DNA of 32,000 nucleotides from NCBI RefSeq assembly GCF_000025665.1, contig NC_013926.1, positions 960,001-992,000 of the forward strand, written 5' to 3'. This document shows positions 1-6,782 of the stretch, one piece after another. Numbering within the stretch: position 1 is the first letter of the stretch; each line of letters begins with the position of its first letter. The translations under genes and the position numbers were made by a program. The DNA is from Aciduliprofundum boonei T469 (GTDB taxonomy: Archaea > Thermoplasmatota > Thermoplasmata > Thermoplasmatales > Aciduliprofundaceae). The notes below the pieces were generated by a model. The model searched no databases, had not been told where the DNA came from, and saw only the letters and a program-made list of their open reading frames with translations.

Positions 1-3
1 GTA

Positions 4-30
4 GAAGTGAGCCCACAATTCACTTCTTTT
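4..30 (+). terminator. hairpin plus T-run (GAAGTGA-N9-TCACTTC-TTTT)
   Basis: Perfect 7-bp inverted repeat at 4-10 / 20-26, followed by TTTT at 27-30. Would terminate a + strand transcript entering from the left. Confidence 0.3.
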
Positions 31-38
31 CCCAACAC

Positions 39-179
39 TCATTTTAAAGCCTCCTCAGGCTGATATGAATATAATCTTCTCTTCTCCATAAATCCCACTT
101 TACCTATGCTCCAAAATCGCTTGGTTTCGTAGAGATTTATTAATTCTTCATACATTCGAACCCTAGATATCAGTCTCAT
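39..179 (-). CDS. hypothetical small protein (46 aa, below the ORF-track length cutoff)
   Basis: ATG at 179-177 with GGTGA about 8 nt upstream; TGA at 41-39. Translation begins MRLISRVRMYEELINLYETKRFW. No recognisable domain. Confidence 0.25.
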   Translation of the reverse strand: MRLISRVRMYEELINLYETKRFWSIGKVGFMEKRRLYSYQPEEALK

Positions 180-358
180 CACACTCACCTTTCACTAATG
201 ACATGTGAAAAGTAATATATAAACTTTTTTCAAAAGTCAAAAGTGAAATTAGAAAATATATTTATAAAAGGTGCTATATTCTAAAAGATAGCATTTTCCC
301 ATGAGAATTGACATTTTGAATAGAAAAAGTTATATATTTCAAAAGTCTTATTTGACAT

Positions 359-919
359 GTGGAAAAAGATAGTATTTGGAAAAAGAAGAACATCGTTCCC
401 CTGTTAACCAGCCTTTTAGATGGAAAGAAGAAAATGAGCGAATTACTGAAGGTGATTCCCAACTACATGACTATAAAAGCTTACATTTCTGAACTTGAAG
501 AAAAAGGATATGTAAAAACTCAAGAAAAGTTTGAAGGAAGAAAAGTTATTTATGTTGAGCTCACAGAGAAGGGGAGGGCTGTAGCAGAGAAATTGAAAGA
601 AGCTGAGGAAGTTATCACAATGACCCCAGAAGAGCTAGAGGCCCAGAGAAAGAGAATCCACTGGATTGTGGACATAAACACCTATGCTGACCATATAACC
701 GCTTATGATATCCACGATGGAAAGAAAGAAACTTTTAACATCTGGCTCAAGCCAAATGGGAAGTATTTGCTTCTCTATTGCGACCGTTGCCATTCTTATG
801 ATTGCTACCATATTGATTGGGCCGTGCACGATCCTGTGATAGGCCCAGAGCTCAAGGAAATTGCAGATGAGAAAGGTCTCAAAATCAAATATCTGGAAGA
901 TGAGAATGAGGAAGAATGA
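359..919 (+). CDS. winged-helix DNA-binding protein with C-terminal Cys/His zinc motif (putative transcription regulator)
   Basis: The N-terminal segment LLDGKKKMSELLKVIPNYMTIKAYISELEEKGYVKTQEKFEGRKVIYVELTEKGRAVAEKL is typical of MarR/PadR/ArsR-like wHTH proteins. C-terminal CDRCHSYDCYH forms a CxxC..CxH motif. GTG start lies ~22 nt after a TATA-like box (AAGTTATATATTT). Confidence 0.6.
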   Translation: MEKDSIWKKKNIVPLLTSLLDGKKKMSELLKVIPNYMTIKAYISELEEKGYVKTQEKFEGRKVIYVELTEKGRAVAEKLKEAEEVITMTPEELEAQRKRIHWIVDINTYADHITAYDIHDGKKETFNIWLKPNGKYLLLYCDRCHSYDCYHIDWAVHDPVIGPELKEIADEKGLKIKYLEDENEEE

Positions 920-1095
920 ACATTAAAGCTCTTATCCTCTTTGTTGCTTTATTTCTTCTCTTTCACTCTTTCGCAGCTTGCCTTTTTTGGCTCTGGACAA
1001 ATGGGTTTGAAGAGGGATTACAATATGGCATTGCAGTACTTCTCGGATTCTGGCTATTTTATGGCTGGATACTCATCCTTGCAGTCAAATCTTGA
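916..1095 (+). CDS. small two-helix membrane protein (59 aa, missed by the ORF track)
   Basis: The ATG overlaps the stop of the upstream gene (ATGA at 916-919). Translation MNIKALILFVALFLLFHSFAACLFWLWTNGFEEGLQYGIAVLLGFWLFYGWILILAVKS has two hydrophobic helices. More plausible than the overlapping track ORF 941..1138. Confidence 0.45.
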   Translation: MNIKALILFVALFLLFHSFAACLFWLWTNGFEEGLQYGIAVLLGFWLFYGWILILAVKS

Positions 1096-1155
1096 GTTAT
1101 CCATTCTCTCACACACCCCGAAAAACATTAATATTTAGAATAGATATTATTACCT

Positions 1156-1701
1156 ATGAGTAATAAACTTCATGAAGAGGTTAAAAAATATATAATTGCA
1201 GTGTTGAGACATTATGGTTTTAATGCCCAAATAATAGATTGGGAAATAGATAATCAGCAAAAAATTATTTGCGCTGGTAAGTGCGAGCTTGAGAATCTCT
1301 GTAATGATTATGATATAGAAATTGTGATAGATGAAACTGCGGATATAGAGGGAGATATTGAGATACTCTCTGAAACTCAATCTGATTTAAAGTTTATAAT
1401 TTCTCCAGAGTACAACGAATCTATTTCATTACCAGAGGATATTTATGGAGTACGACCTGAGTCCTTTGAGAATATACTCCGCAGCATTCTAAAAATACCC
1501 GAAAATTACGCACCATACACAAATCCAAAGTTAACTAGAGAAATTATAAGAAAATATGGAGAAGAAATTCTATATGAAATTGGAAGAAACCCGCAAGAGA
1601 TAATGAACACCCCTGAATTCGAGGGTATAGTTACAGAACTTTTAAAAATATACAAAGATACAGATGAATCATTAGCCATAAAATGGCTAAACAAGATCTG
1701 A
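1156..1701 (+). CDS. hypothetical protein
   Basis: 181-aa ORF with coding-like acidic composition; TATA-like ATTAATATTTA upstream. No motif recognised. Confidence 0.55.
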   Translation: MSNKLHEEVKKYIIAVLRHYGFNAQIIDWEIDNQQKIICAGKCELENLCNDYDIEIVIDETADIEGDIEILSETQSDLKFIISPEYNESISLPEDIYGVRPESFENILRSILKIPENYAPYTNPKLTREIIRKYGEEILYEIGRNPQEIMNTPEFEGIVTELLKIYKDTDESLAIKWLNKI

Positions 1702-2453
1702 AAGATATTCTAAAAAAGAGATATGAGATGCCAGATGAGGAGTGGGATAAAATTTTAGATGATATAGAGAACTTTAAAAAAGATATGGAAAAAGAAGGAT
1801 TTCCTCACTTTGTAGATAAAGCAGCAGAAATACTGCTAAGAATTTATTCGACTAATAAGATATTAATTAGAGATATTTCTATTCCTGCTCATACTCCTGA
1901 AAATCAGAATATATCACCAATATTAGCCGTATTATTCAAGCTTGGATATATCAAGGAGGTAGAAAGTAAAAGGTATCACACACAAAGAAGATATCTATTT
2001 GGAGAGCTCACTCCAAAGGGGTTGAAAACTGCAAAAGCTCTCTCATTAAAAATTTTGAGGGATTTTGAAAGAATTATAGATTGGCAAATTAATCGTTGTG
2101 GAAAAATAATAGCTTTTATGATATGTACAGCATTAAATTCTAAAAATGGTAGTGGGGGGAAGGGACTAAAAGTAGATTCTGACTATGTATCAAAAGGAAA
2201 ATATGAAAATGCACTCCTTTCCGATCTTTTGAAAATATCACCTTCGGGTAGTTTTTATGGGGAATCGAAAGATTTGAAAATACCTTTGAGCATCCAAATC
2301 TTTTTAAAATCCTCTATAAAACTGCCTGCAGTAGCTGATGAAATAATGAATGCCATTGTAGAATACTGTTCAGGATTTTTGAGGAAAAACTTGCTTTTGT
2401 TAAGCCTGCCCTTCCCTTACCTACTTTTTATATATATTTTGTTCCTCCATTAG
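1683..2453 (+). CDS. hypothetical protein, probably the N-terminal part of a frameshifted gene
   Basis: 256-aa ORF. The last ~25 residues (LRKNLLLLSLPFPYLLFIYILFLH) look non-coding, while the -1 frame is open from 2342 and reads as protein. See the frameshift finding. Confidence 0.5.
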   Translation: MAKQDLKDILKKRYEMPDEEWDKILDDIENFKKDMEKEGFPHFVDKAAEILLRIYSTNKILIRDISIPAHTPENQNISPILAVLFKLGYIKEVESKRYHTQRRYLFGELTPKGLKTAKALSLKILRDFERIIDWQINRCGKIIAFMICTALNSKNGSGGKGLKVDSDYVSKGKYENALLSDLLKISPSGSFYGESKDLKIPLSIQIFLKSSIKLPAVADEIMNAIVEYCSGFLRKNLLLLSLPFPYLLFIYILFLH

Positions 2454-2578
2454 TAAATTATATTTGCAAGAGAACTAAAGATTTTGCACTTAGAAAACTA
2501 GAGAAAGAGAAAGAAATTATAACTGAGTTAAATGCAATTAACGCTATTTATACCCTTAAGAAAGTCTATCTCTTAAAC

Positions 2579-2812
2579 TTGGAAGGGGGAGCAAATAAAA
2601 ATGTAACTCTGGAGAATATTCTAAAAATCACTGGAGTAAGTAAAGAGTACCTACAAAATATAGCAGATGAGCTATATGAAAGAGGTATAACAAGCAAGCT
2701 CATGGATAAAACTCCATACTTAGAGGTTTTTGATGATCATGAATTTAAAGAATATCTGATAGAGAGATTAAAAGATGTAGAAGAGAAGATAGTGAAATTA
2801 TGTAGCTACTGA
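2579..2812 (+). CDS. hypothetical HTH-like protein, probably the C-terminal part of the frameshifted gene 1683..2812
   Basis: The frame is open back to 2342 with no ATG/GTG/TTG before 2579. VTLENILKITGVSKEYLQNIADELYERGIT resembles a helix-turn-helix. Confidence 0.45.
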   Translation: MEGGANKNVTLENILKITGVSKEYLQNIADELYERGITSKLMDKTPYLEVFDDHEFKEYLIERLKDVEEKIVKLCSY

Positions 2813-3071
2813 TCTCACTTACTTGTAGCTTCTTATTTTTTATTTTGTATTGTACCATAGTGTGAAGGTATAGCGCACAATGGGAAGTTTAGAGTGTTAA
2901 GAACTGGTAACCTGTTTAGAAGGCTTTACAATAACAAACTATGAAAAGCTGTTCCTATTGTTCTTAATGAAGAAGCAAAGGAATTTCAACAGAAAAAGAG
3001 TTCTAATGGAGTATTGAAATTCATCCAAAATTCTCACTCAGCGTTTTTTTACCCTTAAAGGTGTAATTACA

Positions 3072-3452
3072 TTACCTTTCCATAGAAATGCTGATATCGG
3101 GCAAATTTTCCTTCAAAGAGGACAAAATAGGGGTATTTTTCGCAACCCTTAGAGATGGATTTTTACCCCGAAAACCTCCCCGATTGTAGTCATAACCTCC
3201 AAGGTGTAAGAGCCATTCCCAAGCTTCTTTCCTCGCACCTTCCACTTCCTCTCTGGGAATTTTGGAAAATGCGTATTTTAATTGCTTTCTGGAGAACCCT
3301 ATGCCCTTCCTCTTGTGCAGGTAATCAACTATAAAGCAAAGAGATAGGTATTCGCTCCAATGCGTGATTGAGGATAATTCCCTGCTCATTCTGGGTAGAG
3401 TGTAATCGTTCTTCCACATCTGCCAAACCTTCTTCTCAAGGGTTCTCCACAT
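3072..3452 (-). CDS. hypothetical protein (last gene of the minus-strand operon)
   Basis: 126-aa ORF starting 3 nt after the stop of the upstream gene. No motif recognised. Confidence 0.5.
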   Translation of the reverse strand: MWRTLEKKVWQMWKNDYTLPRMSRELSSITHWSEYLSLCFIVDYLHKRKGIGFSRKQLKYAFSKIPREEVEGARKEAWEWLLHLGGYDYNRGGFRGKNPSLRVAKNTPILSSLKENLPDISISMER

Positions 3453-3454
3453 CC

Positions 3455-3655
3455 TTACATCTCCATCTCATACTCCCTGTCAATCTCTCTTTTCTGTTTT
3501 ACATTTTCAGCCAGAGAGGTTAAACCTGACATCCAAGGCATTTCTCTTTTCACCATATCGTAGGATGATAGTGTTTTCGCTGCGTTTATGAATTCATCAA
3601 GTTCTTTATCGTCCAGAGATTGTAGCCATTCTTCCCACTCGCTTATCCTCGCCAT
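3455..3655 (-). CDS. hypothetical small protein
   Basis: 66-aa ORF tightly packed between neighbours (3-4 nt gaps). Its C-terminal EYEMEM overlies a purine-rich stretch just upstream of the next start. Confidence 0.5.
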   Translation of the reverse strand: MARISEWEEWLQSLDDKELDEFINAAKTLSSYDMVKREMPWMSGLTSLAENVKQKREIDREYEMEM

Positions 3656-3658
3656 TTC

Positions 3659-4564
3659 TCACACCTCCATCTCCATATCCTTGCTTTTCTCAACATGTGC
3701 CCCTTGAACCTGATTGCTCATCATCCTGTTCATCTGGTTGCCTTCCTTGACTTCTTCCTTGTCTTTCTGCATACACATGTCCTTATACCTGCAATAATCA
3801 CACATCCACTTTTGAAAGTTCTCCTTGTCCAATTCCTCTGGATTTAATCCATACACCTTGTAGTATGTCTTCAACTTCTCCAAGCTCTCATCTAAATTCC
3901 TTCCCTTGTAGCCCCTGTTCAACTCTGTAAGCATATCGTACCCGTGCTGGAGAAGAACCTTTGTGAGCTTAGGTTCTGGTTTAACGGGAACTTCTATCAT
4001 CTCCAACTCATCCACGCTTTGTTTGTTTCCTCTCCGATTAAATGACATCCTGCTCTTGTTGATATAAACCACCTGCATGTCATTTACCTTTATCCCGTTC
4101 CTCTCTAAGAGATGTTTGTAAATGTTCATCTGGTATTTGTGCTGGAGCTTTGGTTCTCCCTCGTTCCTGATTTTCAAGAATGCGTATGGATTAGAGGTTT
4201 TAAAATCGTAAAGAGTTCTATTCTTGGGGTCATAGATTGAAAGAACATCTATGTGTCCCACAACCTTGTAATCCTTTCCCAGAGGAGCCGAATACTCGCT
4301 CTCCATTACATGCATGTTCGGGTAGTATTTCTGCAACAAGTCCTCAAAGTATTCGTGGAGCATAGTCCCGTGCATTAGCGTGGATATTCCTGCCCTGTCT
4401 GGTTTTATCTCTGGATTTCTCCGGGAATAGATGAATTTCCTTTCGCATATTCCCGATATTTCCGTTGAGGTTATCATGTTATTGCGTAGTTTTTCGTATC
4501 TCTCCCTCTGCTTCTTTGCGTATTCTTCCTCAACTGCCTTCGCTATCATCTCTGCGAGTCCCAT
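3659..4564 (-). CDS. Cas4-like / RecB-family PD-(D/E)XK nuclease with four-Cys cluster (element-encoded)
   Basis: GHIDVL ... LYDFKTS gives a D...(D/E)xK core. An N-terminal Cys (GICERK) plus C-terminal CDYCRYKDMC (CX2CX5C) reproduces the Cas4 Fe-S cysteine arrangement. ATG at 4564 preferred over the GTG at 4570. Confidence 0.6.
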   Translation of the reverse strand: MGLAEMIAKAVEEEYAKKQRERYEKLRNNMITSTEISGICERKFIYSRRNPEIKPDRAGISTLMHGTMLHEYFEDLLQKYYPNMHVMESEYSAPLGKDYKVVGHIDVLSIYDPKNRTLYDFKTSNPYAFLKIRNEGEPKLQHKYQMNIYKHLLERNGIKVNDMQVVYINKSRMSFNRRGNKQSVDELEMIEVPVKPEPKLTKVLLQHGYDMLTELNRGYKGRNLDESLEKLKTYYKVYGLNPEELDKENFQKWMCDYCRYKDMCMQKDKEEVKEGNQMNRMMSNQVQGAHVEKSKDMEMEV

Positions 4565-4790
4565 TCTCACTCATCCCCTTCTTAAAATAGTGAGTTTCCA
4601 AGATGTCCAAAACCTCAACCTCATCGAAATCGTGTTCGTTGATTAGTTTATCCCTCGCCAATTTCTCTATGTCATCGTAATAGAGGAACATCAAGCCCTC
4701 GATTTTCTTGTTCCTGCCTTTGTATTTTCCCTTATACACTATCGTCAAAAAATCCCCGTCTTTCTCATCATCTAAAACTACTCCTTCCAC
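4530..4790 (-). CDS. hypothetical protein
   Basis: 86-aa ORF in the co-directional operon. No motif recognised. Confidence 0.45.
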   Translation of the reverse strand: MEGVVLDDEKDGDFLTIVYKGKYKGRNKKIEGLMFLYYDDIEKLARDKLINEHDFDEVEVLDILETHYFKKGMSENGTRRDDSEGS

Positions 4791-4794
4791 TCTC

Positions 4795-5688
4795 TCACGC
4801 TCCTATCTCTATCTCGTTTCCTCTCTGGGCTTTCATCTGGGCTTTTCCTTCCACAACTTCCTCGTATTCCCTGCCGTCCAGAATTTCTTTTAACTGCTCC
4901 CACTTCATACTCCTTGGAACTACTCCCGCTTCCTTCATGGCACTCAATCCATAGCCGTAGTTGTAGAGCATTCTTATCGTCCTTGTTTTGTTCTCATCCT
5001 TTCTCGGAATGGCCAATATGTAGTTCTTCTTGTCAATATCTGCTTCTCCCTTTCCTGCGTGGAATATAACCATCGGTGGCTCTACATACTTGGTATCCTT
5101 GTCCAGCATTCCGTTCTCTTTGAGAGTTTTTACAAGGGCTGTGTGGTGGCAAGTGCCTTTCCTCTTGAACAATTCACAATCACACTTCAAATCGTTTAAC
5201 TTCCCAGATACTCTATGCTCTCCAGATTTGCCCAAAACAACCACATCTATGTGCTGCATGTTCTCTATCTCTTTCCTCAAATCCTTTATTTCTCTAATGA
5301 GCTGATTTCTCTTTCCTGCCATGTATGACTTGATGAAATCCTCGGTGGTAGCGCTAATCGGAATATTCGGATAGTCCCTTCCTCTAACTTCGGCAATGTA
5401 AGAATGCGTGAAATCTCTCCATTCGGGCAACTTTTCTTCGGGAACATTTATGCTCAACCTCGCAGAGTAATGAGAGCCATCCCCGTTAGGCACTACAAAG
5501 AAATCCATCCTCACGCCTTGGGGAACGGGTAAATCTTCCTGCTCCTCAATCCTATCTTTCATCGCCTTGATTTTTTGCCTTATCTCATACTTCTCCTTGT
5601 CATTCGCCTCTTTCGGAACTAAGGGCTTATCTTCCCTGTGAAATTCGTAATCGGAATACTCATACCTGTAAAACTTGTTCCATCTCAT
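4795..5688 (-). CDS. SWIM zinc-finger-containing protein
   Basis: CDCELFKRKGTCHH fits the SWIM pattern CxCx(n)CxH. 297-aa ORF in the operon. Confidence 0.55.
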   Translation of the reverse strand: MRWNKFYRYEYSDYEFHREDKPLVPKEANDKEKYEIRQKIKAMKDRIEEQEDLPVPQGVRMDFFVVPNGDGSHYSARLSINVPEEKLPEWRDFTHSYIAEVRGRDYPNIPISATTEDFIKSYMAGKRNQLIREIKDLRKEIENMQHIDVVVLGKSGEHRVSGKLNDLKCDCELFKRKGTCHHTALVKTLKENGMLDKDTKYVEPPMVIFHAGKGEADIDKKNYILAIPRKDENKTRTIRMLYNYGYGLSAMKEAGVVPRSMKWEQLKEILDGREYEEVVEGKAQMKAQRGNEIEIGA

Positions 5689-5697
5689 TTCATCACC

Positions 5698-5997
5698 TCA
5701 CACCCAAGCCCAATCGTATGCGTTCGCTACCAAGTTCCAATAATCCTCGTCCAGCTCCAAGTTCTTCTTGTCTATGACTTCCTTTATCCTCTTGTAAAAC
5801 TCCTTTCCGAAATTCTCCGTGTATTTCGGTAAGGGTATGGAGATTACATTCTTTCTCCAAATCTCGCTATCCCTGATTTTCATACTCGCAATCTTGCCAT
5901 CCACGAACTCCACTACCAGATACTTGTTGCCATCTTTGATGTATTTTGCCAGAGGAGAAGTGGCTAATCTATCGTAGAATTTGGAGTATATTTCCAA
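5698..5997 (-). CDS. hypothetical protein
   Basis: 99-aa ORF in the operon. No motif recognised. Confidence 0.5.
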   Translation of the reverse strand: MEIYSKFYDRLATSPLAKYIKDGNKYLVVEFVDGKIASMKIRDSEIWRKNVISIPLPKYTENFGKEFYKRIKEVIDKKNLELDEDYWNLVANAYDWAWV

Positions 5998-6011
5998 AGC
6001 AACGGCGTCCT

Positions 6012-6212
6012 TTATCGTATAACCACCTCCCTGTTCTCTATCGTCTCCTCAATCATCTTCTCCAGCAAGTCAAGAATCATGTCTATGTCCTCTTTCGTGC
6101 TTCCTATCTCCGCAATAATCCCGTCCAGAATGTCCAAGAGTTCCCGCGAAGGTTCATCTATCACTTCGGTTCTCAACCGCATGACCCTCTCTCTCAATCT
6201 CCGCAAACTCAT
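6012..6212 (-). CDS. small acidic protein, paralogue 3 of a tandem triplet
   Basis: Begins MSLRRLRERVMRLR and contains LLDILDGIIAE. Shares the M(S/N)L.R..RK(I/V)..L...(E/D)....LDIL(E/D)..I(A/T)E pattern with the two upstream ORFs. Start overlaps the upstream stop (ATGA). Confidence 0.6.
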   Translation of the reverse strand: MSLRRLRERVMRLRTEVIDEPSRELLDILDGIIAEIGSTKEDIDMILDLLEKMIEETIENREVVIR

Positions 6213-6406
6213 TTCTTTCCCTCCTTCTTCTTCTCTCTCTCAACCACGATTTCTATCAAGCCATCTATCGCCTTGCTCACTTCCTCGTCCATCACTTCCA
6301 GCTCCGTTATCAAATCTTCCAAGATGTCCAAGAGCATTTGCGTATCCTCGTCGCTTGACATTTTCCCCAGAAAAACTATCTTCCTCTTTACCCTGCCCAA
6401 GTTCAT
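6209..6406 (-). CDS. small acidic protein, paralogue 2 of a tandem triplet
   Basis: Begins MNLGRVKRKIVFLG and contains LLDILEDLITE. 4-nt stop/start overlaps at both ends. Confidence 0.6.
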   Translation of the reverse strand: MNLGRVKRKIVFLGKMSSDEDTQMLLDILEDLITELEVMDEEVSKAIDGLIEIVVEREKKKEGKK

Positions 6407-6594
6407 AGTTCAACCTCCACTTCGTTGTTCCTGCTCATAACCATCTCTTTGCTCTTTACTTCCATCTCCCTGCTCCTCATCTTCTTCATCTCTGCAATCA
6501 TTTCTTCCAAGATGTCTAAAATCTCGTATGTTTCCTCGTTCGTTGCCTTTCCCCGAAGGTGCATTATCTTCCTCTCTGCTCTCTCCAAACTCAT
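6403..6594 (-). CDS. small acidic protein, paralogue 1 of a tandem triplet
   Basis: Begins MSLERAERKIMHLRG and contains ILDILEEMIAE. 4-nt stop/start overlaps at both ends. Confidence 0.6.
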   Translation of the reverse strand: MSLERAERKIMHLRGKATNEETYEILDILEEMIAEMKKMRSREMEVKSKEMVMSRNNEVEVEL

Positions 6595-6782
6595 AACTCA
6601 ACCTCCCTCTCCTCAACGGGTTTTAGAGAAATGAGTTGAAAGTGCTTGTTTATCTCCCGTGCCGATTTCTCCATATTCATTATGTAATCCTTCGCTTCTT
6701 CCTCGCTGTCAAATTCTTTCGTTAGCTTTATGTATCTCCCGTCATAATCTTCCTGCTCCCACTTCGCTACCCACTTGCTCAT
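6591..6782 (-). CDS. hypothetical small protein carrying a protospacer-like site (6724-6760)
   Basis: 63-aa ORF with ATGA coupling at both ends. Codons WEQEDYDGRYIKL match CRISPR-2 spacer 2 at 30/37 nt. Confidence 0.6.
   Translation of the reverse strand: MSKWVAKWEQEDYDGRYIKLTKEFDSEEEAKDYIMNMEKSAREINKHFQLISLKPVEEREVEL

Noticed and set aside
1-38. The window starts with GTAGAAG, the first 7 nt of the repeat as transcribed
   Set aside because: The remainder (TGAGCCCACAATTCACTTC) does not match the repeat. It is better explained as a terminator hairpin.
941-1138. Track ORF 941..1138 (+), 65 aa with a TTG start
   Set aside because: It overlaps, in another frame, the better-supported 59-aa membrane ORF 916..1095, which has an ATGA-coupled start and two clean hydrophobic helices.
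2813-3071. Convergent intergenic region, examined for a tRNA/att site or small RNA
   Set aside because: No cloverleaf-compatible GC-rich segment, direct repeat or conserved motif was recognisable by eye. It is probably just the terminator zone between the + and - blocks.
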